A DNA stretch of 64,000 bases from Candidatus Xenobium occultum (GTDB lineage: Bacteria; Vulcanimicrobiota; Xenobia; Xenobiales; Xenobiaceae), in assembly GCA_002423485.1 (NCBI GenBank), contig DIWH01000011.1:72667-136666 (forward strand). Reading direction: 5' to 3'. Position 1 is the first letter of the stretch. Each line of letters starts with the position of its first letter. The notes beneath the pieces are model-generated. The model saw only the letters and a program-made list of their open reading frames with translations. It made no database searches and was not told where the DNA came from. A program made the position numbers and the translations under genes. Positions 52,939 through 62,783 of the stretch are shown here, one piece after another.

Positions 52939-53985
52939 CTAGTTCTTCTGGTAGTCCAGATCGACCGTGACGGTGGGGATGCCGCGGGGCATCGCGTTGC
53001 CCTCCGAGTGGACCCAGAAGGCCTCGAGGTTCCACACCCCGTCCACTTCCAGGGCCCCGTCCCGGTAGTAGACCCGCTGCCGGTTCCAGACCGAGCCGTC
53101 CGGGCCGCGCAGGGTCACCTGGGCGCTGATTCCGCTGGCAGGGGCCTCCCCGTTGTTCTGGACGCGGGCGGTGCAGCGGACCATCCCGGTGAAGTAGTCG
53201 GGCACCGCCAGGGGATTGATCACGATCAGCAGGGCCTCTGGGGGAGGCTTGGGTGCTTCGGGCTCTGCAGGCGCTTCAGGAGCAGCGGGAGGAGCCGGGG
53301 TCGCCACCGGAGCCGGTGAAGGTGAAGGTGCAGCCGGAGCCGGACGCGCAGCAGGCCGGGCATCCATCTCGCTGGGGAAGGCTCCTTCGCCCCCCTCAAC
53401 GGTGTCCGCCGTGGGTTCCTGCCCCTCTGCGGCAGCCTTGGCTGCCTCGGCCTCCTCACGCGCCTTGCGCTCTGCCTGGATGGCTTCGCGTCGCTTGTTC
53501 CAGGCCTCCTGGATGGCCTGCTCATGAGCCGCGTTGGCGGAGGCGATTTCAGCAGCAGCCTGACGATCCGAGGCTGTGATGGGACGGCCAGCCACCACGT
53601 CGAGAATCTCGGTCTCCGGCGTGTACAGGACATTGAAGCCCATCAGGTCGGCCACCGGGCGCAGCGGAACCCAGATCTCGTTCCCGCGATCCAATCCTTC
53701 GACGATGAGGGAACGCTGACCTGATCGCAGCAGGAACGTCTTCTCGGTCACCGGAGTTCCCTGGCCGCGACCCGGGGTCACGACCAGCGACCCATCCTCC
53801 TGGGCCAGCCAGTCAACCTTCAGTGCCTGAAGGAACCTCTCGACAGGAACATAGACGGTGCCCCCGATATTGACTCGATCCGGGAACGGCCGATTGCGGA
53901 CATACAGGGTCTGTGCGTCCGCAGCCAGGGCCAGCAGCATGACCGCAGCCAGGAAGCCAGCCAGGGCTGGAAGTCGGAACCTCAT
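52939..53985 (-). CDS. secreted protein with coiled-coil and Pro/Ala-rich linker
   Basis: ATG 53985 follows AGGGGG. Signal peptide MRFRLPALAGFLAAVMLLALAADA. The central region is EAAK-like helical, then PAPAAPSPSPAP. Confidence 0.5.
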   Translation of the reverse strand: MRFRLPALAGFLAAVMLLALAADAQTLYVRNRPFPDRVNIGGTVYVPVERFLQALKVDWLAQEDGSLVVTPGRGQGTPVTEKTFLLRSGQRSLIVEGLDRGNEIWVPLRPVADLMGFNVLYTPETEILDVVAGRPITASDRQAAAEIASANAAHEQAIQEAWNKRREAIQAERKAREEAEAAKAAAEGQEPTADTVEGGEGAFPSEMDARPAARPAPAAPSPSPAPVATPAPPAAPEAPAEPEAPKPPPEALLIVINPLAVPDYFTGMVRCTARVQNNGEAPASGISAQVTLRGPDGSVWNRQRVYYRDGALEVDGVWNLEAFWVHSEGNAMPRGIPTVTVDLDYQKN

Positions 53986-54083
53986 GGAGCAGAACCCCCT
54001 TCGACGGGTTGGAAATCGTGCCAGATGTTCTCGTTCCTGAACAGACTTCCTGCGCGGGCCCGGTCGGCTGCCCCGGCCTTCCC

Positions 54084-55007
54084 TCATGGGCAGTCCGGCA
54101 ATTCCAACTCCAGGCCTTCCCAGGCTCCCAGGATCTGGGGTGGAGCCTCGTAGCCGGAAACCCGTTCCCGACACGACTCGAGCATCCCATCCAGGAACTC
54201 GTCCTCATGGTCGGGATCGTGATGGAACATGACGTAACGACGGACCTCGGCCGCCAGGGCCACGTCCGTGGCGAAGTCGCATGGGCTGTGCCCCCACCCC
54301 CGGCGTGAGACATACTCCTCGGGGGTGTACATGGAATCCTGGATATACAGGTCTGCCCCACGGGCAAAAGAAACCAGGCGGGCGTTCTCCCGATGAAGGA
54401 TGGCCTCCCGCATGGCGGACCGGTCCCGGAGCAGACGTCCCGAATCCCGACGGTCCACGCGCAGCAGCCTGCCCAGGTGGGGCTCCACGTCGGTGCAGTG
54501 GACCAGGACCTGGCCATCAGCCTCGATCCGATAGCCCAGACACAGCACGGTGTGGTTCAAGAACTGGGTGGTGATGCGGACGTCGCCGATCCGGAACCTT
54601 TCCTCAACCAGTTCGCGGAACTGAAGCTGGCCGGTCATCGACTCGAGGTGGTAGGGAGCATTGGTGAAGGCCAGTTGGCCTTCCAGCAGATCCCGGATCG
54701 AGCGCTTGGGCTCCTTGGGGGCCCAGACGCAGACCCGATTCCCTGGTTCGTGGGCCGGACCGAAGAAGGGCAGCCCCTGGATGTGGTCCCAGTGGGTGTG
54801 CGTGAGCAGGATGTGGGCCTGGAGAGGCCGGGGCTCCGTGTCCTGCAGGTGGCGGCCCAGTGGGAAGAGGCCGGACCCTGCATCCAGGATCAACAACGTC
54901 CCGTCCGCAGTACGGACCTCGACGCACAGGGTGTTGCCCCCATAGTGCACGGTGCCCGGCCCCGGCGTCGGAATCGAGCCTCGAGTGCCCCAGAACCGGA
55001 CCTTCAC
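54084..55007 (-). CDS. MBL-fold metallo-hydrolase
   Basis: HTHWDH zinc-binding motif with surrounding beta-lactamase-fold signatures. Confidence 0.7.
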   Translation of the reverse strand: MKVRFWGTRGSIPTPGPGTVHYGGNTLCVEVRTADGTLLILDAGSGLFPLGRHLQDTEPRPLQAHILLTHTHWDHIQGLPFFGPAHEPGNRVCVWAPKEPKRSIRDLLEGQLAFTNAPYHLESMTGQLQFRELVEERFRIGDVRITTQFLNHTVLCLGYRIEADGQVLVHCTDVEPHLGRLLRVDRRDSGRLLRDRSAMREAILHRENARLVSFARGADLYIQDSMYTPEEYVSRRGWGHSPCDFATDVALAAEVRRYVMFHHDPDHEDEFLDGMLESCRERVSGYEAPPQILGAWEGLELELPDCP

Positions 55008-55077
55008 GAAGGGGTTCCTCCCCGCGAATGGAGTCGAGCCCCCCCCTGGTGGAGTCCGTCGAGCCCAGAGGACGGAC

Positions 55078-56490
55078 TCACAGGAAGCGCAGGCGGGTGT
55101 TGCCTGCCTGGAGCTCGTCGCCTCGATGCAGCTCCACCTTTCGGCTCAGGCGATGCCGGTTCACCCAGGTCCCGTTGGTCGAATTCAAATCCTCCACCCA
55201 ATAGGTCCCCTCCTCCAGGAAGAGACGCGCGTGGGAGTGGGAGACCGCCGTATCCTGAGGCAGCACGAGGTCGCCCTCCTCCCGACCGATGAGCACGGGC
55301 TGCCCCGTCAGGACCAGGTCGAGGCCCTCCTCCTCCGAGAACAACCGCCACTGCCCAGGAGTGACCGGCGGCAGGGCGGGAGGCGGCGTGGGGGTGGACT
55401 GAACAGGGGGATCGACGTGTCGTGGGGCTTCCTCGGCAGTGACCTCGCGAGTCTTCGGCGAGACGGAAGCGACCGCAGAAGAGGTCCCCTTCTGCACGCC
55501 CAGGCGTTCCAGGAGAGGAAGATGGTCCGGGGACTCTGCCCGGACAGCCTGGAACTCCTGCTCGGCATCCCGAGTCCATCCCTCCTGGGCCAGGGCCTCG
55601 CCCAGGGAATAGCGCAAATCGAGCCGCAGAAGCGGATCCAGGCCCTGGCGCCCAAGAGCCTTGCGGTACAGTTCGGTGGCCGTCAAAGTATCGCCCAGGC
55701 CCTCACAGGCCTTCCCCAGCAGAAGCAGATCGGCCACGTGAATGTTCGAGTCGGGCAGGAAGTCCTTCAAGTCGTCCACGGCCTGGCGGAACTCACCCGC
55801 CTCCAGGTGGAAGACGCCTTTGAAGAACAGGGCCATGGGCTCGGCCGGCATGACTCCCAACAGTTGGGCCAGGGTCGCCAGGCCGTCATCCGGACGGCCG
55901 CTGGCCCTCTGGGCCAGGGCCAGAAGGAGGTTGAGGCCCAGAAGATCCGCCCCCATGCTGAAGAAGGAGGTCCGGGTCAGGGGCAGGGTCATCCTGAAGG
56001 AAGGGAGATACCTGCGGATCTTCTGCCCCAGTCCCTGCTGGCACAGGAGGGCCTTCTGGAAGGTGCGCACCGCCTGGACCGGATTCCCAGTCTCGCTCTC
56101 CAGGCAGCCCATCAGGAGGTAGGCGTCGGTGAACTGGGCGTCCCGCGCCACCGCGTCCCGCAAGCGTTCCAGGGCGGCTGGAAGGTTCCCCAGCACCAGA
56201 TCCGAGCAGGCCTGCACGAAGGCACGCTCCGCCCGGGACATGGTCAGGTTCTTGACCATCCCCACCCCAAAGCGGGCCCCGTGCTGAGGTTCAAAGATCT
56301 CCAGGACGGGGCACAGCCCCTTCCCAGGCAGGATGGAGGGGCGACGCCAGTACAGACCACTGTCGGTCCCTGCCGAGCCGTCCTCACGCCCCTTGAACAG
56401 GCCCGAGACCTCTCCGATCCCCTTGCCGGCCAGCTTGCCGGCCAGCCCGAGGCCACCCTTCAAGCTGCCCAGGATGTCGGACTGTTCCAT
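55078..56490 (-). CDS. TPR-repeat protein with C-terminal FHA domain
   Basis: The C-terminus (GQPVLIGREEGDLVLPQDTAVSHSHARLF...NSTNGTWVN) matches the FHA fold signature (G-R...S-xx-H...N-G). TPR units upstream. Confidence 0.7.
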   Translation of the reverse strand: MEQSDILGSLKGGLGLAGKLAGKGIGEVSGLFKGREDGSAGTDSGLYWRRPSILPGKGLCPVLEIFEPQHGARFGVGMVKNLTMSRAERAFVQACSDLVLGNLPAALERLRDAVARDAQFTDAYLLMGCLESETGNPVQAVRTFQKALLCQQGLGQKIRRYLPSFRMTLPLTRTSFFSMGADLLGLNLLLALAQRASGRPDDGLATLAQLLGVMPAEPMALFFKGVFHLEAGEFRQAVDDLKDFLPDSNIHVADLLLLGKACEGLGDTLTATELYRKALGRQGLDPLLRLDLRYSLGEALAQEGWTRDAEQEFQAVRAESPDHLPLLERLGVQKGTSSAVASVSPKTREVTAEEAPRHVDPPVQSTPTPPPALPPVTPGQWRLFSEEEGLDLVLTGQPVLIGREEGDLVLPQDTAVSHSHARLFLEEGTYWVEDLNSTNGTWVNRHRLSRKVELHRGDELQAGNTRLRFL

Positions 56491-56525
56491 CTGGTGCCTC
56501 CTGGTGGGCCGATGCCCTCGAGAAC

Positions 56526-57254
56526 TCAGACGAGGAAGACCATCTCGGTCTTGCCCAGGCGCAGCCGGTCCCCCTCGCGGATCTCGGCCTGGACCCCGGA
56601 GGTCAGGCGGTTCCCGTTCAGGAAGGAGCCGTTGGAGGAACCCACGTCCTCATAGAGGAGCCTCCCCTCCTGGCGAACGATGCGGCCGTGCCGGCGCGAG
56701 ACGTAGGACTCGGTGTCGGCCTCGGTCAGGTCGACCTCGGGGAAGATCGAGTCGGCCGGAGACCGGCGCCCCAGGGCCACGACGTCGCGGTCCAACGGGA
56801 ACTCGCCTCCCCCGTCCACCAGCGAGAGCCGGGGGCGGGCCGAGATCGTCGGTGCGGGCGTTTCGGCTGCGACGGGGACCGGAACCACCGGGAGCGGAGG
56901 CGCGGCCTCGGCCCGAGCGGCCGTCAGGCTGGCTCCGCAGTCCTCGCAATAGGCCTCATAGGAGGGATTCTCGGCCCCGCAAGCGGCGCAGCGGACAGTG
57001 CCCGAGACGGCCTCGACGGTGGGGATCGGAGCAGGTGGGGCTGCCTGCGGCAGCGGAGCGGGGACAGGCTCGGGCACGGGGGCGGGAAGAGAGGCCGGAG
57101 CAGGCTGGGGAGCGGCAAGCGGCACCGCCGGCGCCTCCTGGGTGACGGCGGGCATGCCCTGGGGAAGCCGAGCTCCGCAATCCTCGCAGTAGGCGGAACC
57201 TTCGAGATTCTCCGAACCGCAGACACTGCACTTCATGGACGTTCTCCTTTTCAC
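56526..57254 (-). CDS. double zinc-ribbon + FHA domain protein
   Basis: CSVCGSEN...CEDCG and CAACGAEN...CEDCG ribbons with a Pro/Ala-rich linker. The C-terminal FHA (...VALGRRSPAD...SRRHGRI...SSNGSFLN). Confidence 0.7.
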   Translation of the reverse strand: MKRRTSMKCSVCGSENLEGSAYCEDCGARLPQGMPAVTQEAPAVPLAAPQPAPASLPAPVPEPVPAPLPQAAPPAPIPTVEAVSGTVRCAACGAENPSYEAYCEDCGASLTAARAEAAPPLPVVPVPVAAETPAPTISARPRLSLVDGGGEFPLDRDVVALGRRSPADSIFPEVDLTEADTESYVSRRHGRIVRQEGRLLYEDVGSSNGSFLNGNRLTSGVQAEIREGDRLRLGKTEMVFLV

Positions 57255-57287
57255 ATCGCGTTGAGGCCGCGTCGAAGCGGCCGGAAT

Positions 57288-58592
57288 TCATTCCTGCCCG
57301 ACGACCGGCGCGCGCATCGCCTCGAGGGGCGGGACCGTGTCCAGCAACTGGGTCAACTTGCGGGTTCCGTACTCCAGCTTCTTGGTTCCGGCCGAGGTGG
57401 CGGCGGCGCCCTGCTCGATCCGAGTCGCCTCGGCCAGGGCCTGGTCGGCCAGGTCCTTCTGACCCTGCTGGAGGAGTTGGGTGGCCGCCGAGCGCAGCAA
57501 CTGGGTCGCCTTGGACCGGTCTCCAGCCTGGGCCAGTTCCAGCGCCCGCGTCTGCTGGCGGAAGACGCTGACCGCATCGATGACCTGCATCACCCGCGGG
57601 GTAACCCTCGAGGCCTGGTTGGGATCCGAGGTATAGGCAATCGTGATGTCCGAGGAGACCGTCGAGCTGGGGGCAGGCTGTCCCGGCATGTCGTAGGAGA
57701 GGGAAGCCTGGGCGATCCGGTAGGTCCCGGACTGGCGCGAAGGAAGGACCAGCTCGAAGAGCAGCGACTGGGTCTCCTCCTTCTGCAGATCCGTCAAACG
57801 GATGCTGCAGGTGCGGTCGATGACGGGCACGGCCCCCAGGTCGTTGATCAGCGGCTTGACCTTGTAGGCCCTGCGGACGTTCACATCCTTGGCCAGCTTG
57901 AGGCGGATCTCGGGGTTCCGGACCACCACGTTCTGGACCCCTCGCAGCTCACCTTCGAAGATGGAGGGGATGTCCCGAGGCATGTCGATGTAGTAGGAGG
58001 TTCCTCGACACGAGTTGGCGATATCCAGAAGGAGCTTCTCGTTGAAATCGTCGCCGACCCCGATGGTCGAAACCGAGATGCCCTCCTCGGTCGCCAGGAT
58101 GCACTTCTCCTTGCAGCGCGCCTCGTGAAGCGTCAGTCCGTCGGTCAGGAGGATGATGTGGTTCATCCGGTCGCGCGAGAAGTTGCGTCGAACCTCCTCC
58201 ACCGCCGCGTTGATCCCGTGCAGCATCTCGGTCCCGGACCCCACGTCGATCTGGTCGATCTTGCGGACCATCTGCCGCGCCGAGTTCTTGTCGTAGATCT
58301 GGCTGGACGGAATCAACACTCGGGCCTTGTCGGCGAAGGCGATCAAGGCACACAGGTCGTTGGGACGCAACTGCTCGATCACGTGGCTGACCGCATTGAT
58401 CACGTAATCGAGCTTCTGCGCGGCGTACATCGAGCCGCTCTTGTCCAGAACGATGGCCAGGTTCAAGGCCGCGGGACCGCTGCCGATCTCGGGCCCGGGC
58501 CGGACATCCGCCAGCAGGTACACGAGCTTGCTCTCGCTGGTGGTCATCACGGCCTGATAGCTCAGGTAGGTTACGAGATTGACTTCGGCCAC
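57288..58592 (-). CDS. vWA-domain protein
   Basis: LAIVLDKSGSM (MIDAS) ... ILLTDGL. GTG 58592 is 6 nt after GGAGGAA. Confidence 0.65.
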   Translation of the reverse strand: MAEVNLVTYLSYQAVMTTSESKLVYLLADVRPGPEIGSGPAALNLAIVLDKSGSMYAAQKLDYVINAVSHVIEQLRPNDLCALIAFADKARVLIPSSQIYDKNSARQMVRKIDQIDVGSGTEMLHGINAAVEEVRRNFSRDRMNHIILLTDGLTLHEARCKEKCILATEEGISVSTIGVGDDFNEKLLLDIANSCRGTSYYIDMPRDIPSIFEGELRGVQNVVVRNPEIRLKLAKDVNVRRAYKVKPLINDLGAVPVIDRTCSIRLTDLQKEETQSLLFELVLPSRQSGTYRIAQASLSYDMPGQPAPSSTVSSDITIAYTSDPNQASRVTPRVMQVIDAVSVFRQQTRALELAQAGDRSKATQLLRSAATQLLQQGQKDLADQALAEATRIEQGAAATSAGTKKLEYGTRKLTQLLDTVPPLEAMRAPVVGQE

Positions 58593-58676
58593 GTCGTTTC
58601 CTCCACTATGGTTGGGACCCCAGAAATGAGGGCCTGCACTCGCCCCGGGGTGGCTCCGGAGGCGCACTCTTCCCGT

Positions 58677-60452
58677 TCAATCGGGCCGACTCCTCGTGGG
58701 TTCGGATGAAGCGGGACGGCGCACCACCGCCAGCGTCGCGTTGTCATCTGCGCCGCGCTGCAGGCAGGTCGCCACCAGGCGCTCGCACAGAGCCGCTGGC
58801 GCGGGTGCCCCCTGGAAGAACTCCAGCAATTCCTCGTCGCTGTAGTACTCCCAGATTCCATCCGAACAGACCAGCAGATACTCCCCGGGAGCCAGGCGCC
58901 GCTCATACAGATCCACCTCGACCTCGGGGTTGGTTCCCAGGGCCCGGTAGATCACGCTGCGTCGGGGAGAGCGACGAGCCTCTTCACGGGTCAGGTGCCC
59001 CATCTGCACCAGGCTGCCCACCAGTGAGTGGTCGGTGGTGACCTGATCAAGCTCGGAGCCGATCCGGAAGGCCCTGGTATCCCCCACATGGGCAAAGACC
59101 GCCAGATCCCCCTCCAAGAGCACCGCCGTCATGGTGCAGCCCATTCCCTGACGCGATGGGTCCAGGCTGGCATATTGGTAGATGGTCCGATTGGCCCGTT
59201 CCAGTGCACGCTTGAGGATCAGGCCATTGCGCTGGGCGGGGTCCCCAGGCAGCAGCAGCGAGGTCTCCAGGCCGACCTGGCAGGTCAAGAAGCGCTCGAC
59301 GATCTCGTGGGCCAGGGCCCGGATGGCCAGGGACGCCGCCTTGTCCCCCTCGGCCTCTCCTCCCATCCCATCCGCGACCACCACCAGGTGGGCCTGCATC
59401 GGAACATCCCGCTCACAAGCCCCAAGTCGACACTCCAGCCAGGCATCCTGGTTGATCCGGCGGACCAGGCCGATATGGGACTTCGTGGCCACTTCGAACC
59501 CCAGGTCGGCCCCGGAACCCTCAGGCGGCGACCCCGGCGATTCCGAGTCACTTGGGGGTTCATCGCCCAGGTGCTCGCGCGCCTGTTCCAAGGCCTCACG
59601 CATCTGGGCAGCGGACTCAAAACGGCGATCGGGCTTGCGCTCGACGGCTTGGAGGATGACTTCGACCACGGGTCCGGCCCCGGGCACCTGGGGGCGCGGA
59701 AAGAAGAAGAAGCTCTCGCGGGCTTCCAGGTTCATCCGCTCAGCGGTCAACGCCGAGTACAGGACCGCACCCAGGCTGTAGAGATCCGAGCGACGGTCGG
59801 GAACCCCTCCTTCCATGCCGTAGGCCTCGGGCGAAGAGTACCCCTGGATCACCGAATACTCCTCCCAGGGTTCCTCCAGGCGGCGGGCCCGCTCACAGCG
59901 GACCAGCAAGGGCGCCCCCTCGGAGCCGATCCAGATGGCCTCCGGGCTCAGTCCCCCGTGGAGCCATCCGGCCTGGTGCAAAGCCTCCAGCGCCCCCAGC
60001 AGGGCCTCGCCCAGTCGGGCCACCTGTTCGGCGGGCAGGGCGCCGCCGGCCAGGTGCTGCTGAAGGGATTCCAGACCGGGCCAGGGCCCGATCAGGTAAC
60101 CCCGACCTTCGTGCTCCAGGCGCTCGACAGGGAGCCAGAGGGTCTCGTGCTGAACGGCGGTCAGCAGGTCCCATTGCCGGGACCAGGCCGGGCCGGCGTC
60201 TGGGAATTCCAGAACCAGGACGCGATCCTCACCCGATTCCAGGGGATGGGCCTCATAGAGGTGGACTCCCCCGCCTGTTTCAACCACCCGCTCGATCACG
60301 TACCGATCCGCGATCTTCTGACCGGGGTCCAGCGGAGACCCGGGCTGCACATCGGCCGCCTCGGGCTCCCCCTCCACCTGCAGAAAGGCTCCGCACTCAT
60401 CGCAGAATCGGGAGTCGGCCGGGTTCTCACAGGCACAGGATGGACAGAGCAT
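58677..60452 (-). CDS. zinc-ribbon + pseudokinase + PP2C-type Ser/Thr phosphatase fusion
   Basis: ATG 60452 is 5 nt after GAGGAGG. N-terminal CPSCACEN...CDECG. The kinase-like domain lacks VAIK and the HRD Asp (HGGLSPEA). The C-terminal PPM carries metal-binding motifs VADGMGG, GDTRAF, CSDGIW and GADDNATLAVV. Confidence 0.7.
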   Translation of the reverse strand: MLCPSCACENPADSRFCDECGAFLQVEGEPEAADVQPGSPLDPGQKIADRYVIERVVETGGGVHLYEAHPLESGEDRVLVLEFPDAGPAWSRQWDLLTAVQHETLWLPVERLEHEGRGYLIGPWPGLESLQQHLAGGALPAEQVARLGEALLGALEALHQAGWLHGGLSPEAIWIGSEGAPLLVRCERARRLEEPWEEYSVIQGYSSPEAYGMEGGVPDRRSDLYSLGAVLYSALTAERMNLEARESFFFFPRPQVPGAGPVVEVILQAVERKPDRRFESAAQMREALEQAREHLGDEPPSDSESPGSPPEGSGADLGFEVATKSHIGLVRRINQDAWLECRLGACERDVPMQAHLVVVADGMGGEAEGDKAASLAIRALAHEIVERFLTCQVGLETSLLLPGDPAQRNGLILKRALERANRTIYQYASLDPSRQGMGCTMTAVLLEGDLAVFAHVGDTRAFRIGSELDQVTTDHSLVGSLVQMGHLTREEARRSPRRSVIYRALGTNPEVEVDLYERRLAPGEYLLVCSDGIWEYYSDEELLEFFQGAPAPAALCERLVATCLQRGADDNATLAVVRRPASSEPTRSRPD

Positions 60453-60475
60453 GGGACCTCCTCGAAAAGTGCGGA

Positions 60476-61867
60476 TCACCGGGCGGTGAGCCCGGACCGG
60501 GTCACCCAGAACCACAAGGCCCAGCCCCCCGTGCTGGAGACCAGGCTCAAGAGACTGGCCGAAATCACGAAAATCCAGAGGGGAGCGCGCTCGTGGCGCG
60601 GGGTTGAAAACAGGATCACCCAAAGCAGACCCGCTGTCACCAACCCCGCCCCGGGCACGATGGCCCCCAGGGTCAACAGGAAGGCCAGGGGCATCGCCCA
60701 GCAGCCCACCCGAGCCGGCTCGACCTCGACCTCCAGGCCCAGACGCTCGCTGCCGAGGCCGCTCTCGTAGAGAAGAGAACCGGTGTGGCGTCCCCCCATG
60801 CCCAGGCGCGCCGTCTGAACCGTGACCTCCAGGGGAACATCCCGGCCCTGGACCTTCCCCGGAGAGACCTGAATCCAGGGGTCGCTGGCCTTCACGGTGC
60901 CGTCCACCGCACCGCGCAGCAGGACCTGCGAGCGGACCGTCGCTCCGTGGCGATGGCGCCCCAGCTCCAGACGCTCGGGTTCGAACCGGTTGAAGGGAGG
61001 TGGCGGCAGAGGGCCTGTCCGGAGACGCTCGGGAAGCTTGGCAAAGGCCTCGGGGAGGTGGCGCATCTCCTCCAGGGCGCGACGAAAGGCTGCTGCGTCG
61101 GGGAACCGGTCCTCGGGAGAAAGGGCCACGGCGCGGGCCACGATGGCCTCCAAGGCCTCGGGCACCTCGGGATTCAGGGTCCGCAAGGGGGCGAAGCGGA
61201 AGGGTTCCTGCGAAGGGTCCACCCCGCTCAGGGCTTCATGGAGGGTGGCGCCAAGTGCATACAGATCCGTGCGGGCATCTGACTGTCCGCGCCCGTACTG
61301 TTCGGGAGCTGCGTAGCCCGGAGTGCCCAGGGCCCTGGTATCCGAGGTCTTGCCGCTCTGGAAGAAGCGGGCGATGCCGAAGTCGATCAGGCGGGCCGTT
61401 CCGTCCGGCGAGAGGATCACGTTGGCGGGCTTGAGGTCTCGAAAGATCACTGGCCGAGGGTGTCCGTGCAGGTATTCCAGGACCTCGGCAATCTGCACCG
61501 CCACGTCCAAGGCCTCACCGACCGAAAGCCGCCCCCGCTTCCGAAGGACGCGCTCGAGGGTTTCTCCGTCGACAAAGTCCATGACCAGGTACTGCCTGCC
61601 AGCCTCGATGAAGGAATCGGTGATCCGGGGCAGATTCACGTGCTTGAGCTGGGAGAGAAGCTCTGCCTCGGACTTGAAGGCTTCCAGGGCCTCGGCGCGT
61701 TCAGCCGGGTCGCTGAAGGTGTCGGTCATCTCCTTGATGGCCCAGGACTGCCGGGGCAGCCGGGAATCGCTGACCAGGTAGACGGCACCCATCCCGCCCT
61801 CGCCCAGGATCCGCTCCACCCTGTAGCGGCCTGAGAGAACCTGTCCGACTCCCAGCCTGGCTGTCAT
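60476..61867 (-). CDS. Ser/Thr protein kinase with C-terminal membrane anchor (2-3 TM helices)
   Basis: ATG 61867. WAIKEM, FRDLKPANVIL, IDFGIARF and APEQ motifs intact. The C-terminus has hydrophobic helices LAFLLTLGAIVPGAGLVTAGLLWVILF and IFVISASLLSLVSS. Confidence 0.75.
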   Translation of the reverse strand: MTARLGVGQVLSGRYRVERILGEGGMGAVYLVSDSRLPRQSWAIKEMTDTFSDPAERAEALEAFKSEAELLSQLKHVNLPRITDSFIEAGRQYLVMDFVDGETLERVLRKRGRLSVGEALDVAVQIAEVLEYLHGHPRPVIFRDLKPANVILSPDGTARLIDFGIARFFQSGKTSDTRALGTPGYAAPEQYGRGQSDARTDLYALGATLHEALSGVDPSQEPFRFAPLRTLNPEVPEALEAIVARAVALSPEDRFPDAAAFRRALEEMRHLPEAFAKLPERLRTGPLPPPPFNRFEPERLELGRHRHGATVRSQVLLRGAVDGTVKASDPWIQVSPGKVQGRDVPLEVTVQTARLGMGGRHTGSLLYESGLGSERLGLEVEVEPARVGCWAMPLAFLLTLGAIVPGAGLVTAGLLWVILFSTPRHERAPLWIFVISASLLSLVSSTGGWALWFWVTRSGLTAR

Positions 61868-62039
61868 CCTGCTTGGACCCCTCTCCTGGACCCGCTGACT
61901 CCCGCGATTCGGGGCCATCCCGGCCTGCAGACCGGAGAAGGTAGCTTCCGCCTGAAGCCCGGGGCTCCTCCAAAGAAGGATCTAGGGGCCCGGTCGGAAA
62001 CCTCTCGGCGATGCTCGGTCGAGGTTTCCGACCGGGTTC

Positions 62040-62783
62040 CTAGACGCAGAACCCGACCCAGGACAGCAGGGCCAGGCTCGCCAGCAGGCCACGGCTCATG
62101 GCGACCAGGACGGCCCGGGTGCGGTCGTGCACACCCAGCTTCCGGAAGATGTTCTTCAAGTGGTTGGCGACGGTGAATTCGCTGATCGAGAGCCTCTGGG
62201 CCACCTCGCGATTGGAGCCTCCCTCCTGGATCCCGCGCAGCACCTGCACCTCCCGCGTCGAGAGCAGACTCGACGTCGATTGCGGTGCGTTCTGGGTGGA
62301 GAGGGCGGACAGACCATCGGCCGAACCGCTCGGGTTCTGCGTCAGGACCTCCAACAGGCGCTTGCCCAGGAAGGCTTCCAGGAGGCTTCCCTCCCGGCGG
62401 ACCCGGCGAAGGCTGTCCACGAGTTCCCTGGGTCCCAGCTCTTTGGGCAGATAGGCACAGGCCCCTGCCTGGACGGCCTCCAGAATTGAAGACAAATCAC
62501 CTTGCCCCGTCAACAGGACAACCTGGACCTCCGGGAATCTCTGCAGGACCCGACGGCACAATTCAGTCCCGCTCATCTGGGGGAGGACCAGGTCCAAGAG
62601 CATCAGGTCCGGACGAGCCTCATCCAGAAGGTCCAGGGCCTCCTCTGCACTGCCGACCTGGGCCACGACCTGGAAGTCCCCAGCCCTCTCGACCATCAGG
62701 ACCAGGCCTTCCCTCAACAGCTCATAGTCCTCAACCACCATGACCCGCACCGGCGGGTCGGGGAAACCGGATTCTTGACTCAC
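62040..62783 (-). CDS. two-component response regulator, NarL/LuxR family (REC + HTH_LuxR)
   Basis: REC motifs VMVVEDYEL...LLDLVLPQMSG...KEL, and a C-terminal LuxR HTH ...REVAQRLSISEFTVANHLKNIFRKLGV. Confidence 0.8.
   Translation of the reverse strand: MSQESGFPDPPVRVMVVEDYELLREGLVLMVERAGDFQVVAQVGSAEEALDLLDEARPDLMLLDLVLPQMSGTELCRRVLQRFPEVQVVLLTGQGDLSSILEAVQAGACAYLPKELGPRELVDSLRRVRREGSLLEAFLGKRLLEVLTQNPSGSADGLSALSTQNAPQSTSSLLSTREVQVLRGIQEGGSNREVAQRLSISEFTVANHLKNIFRKLGVHDRTRAVLVAMSRGLLASLALLSWVGFCV

Noticed and set aside
56688-58709. 673-aa plus-strand ORF over the FHA/vWA genes
   Set aside because: It is antisense to two genes that carry clear FHA and MIDAS motifs, and it has no motif content of its own.
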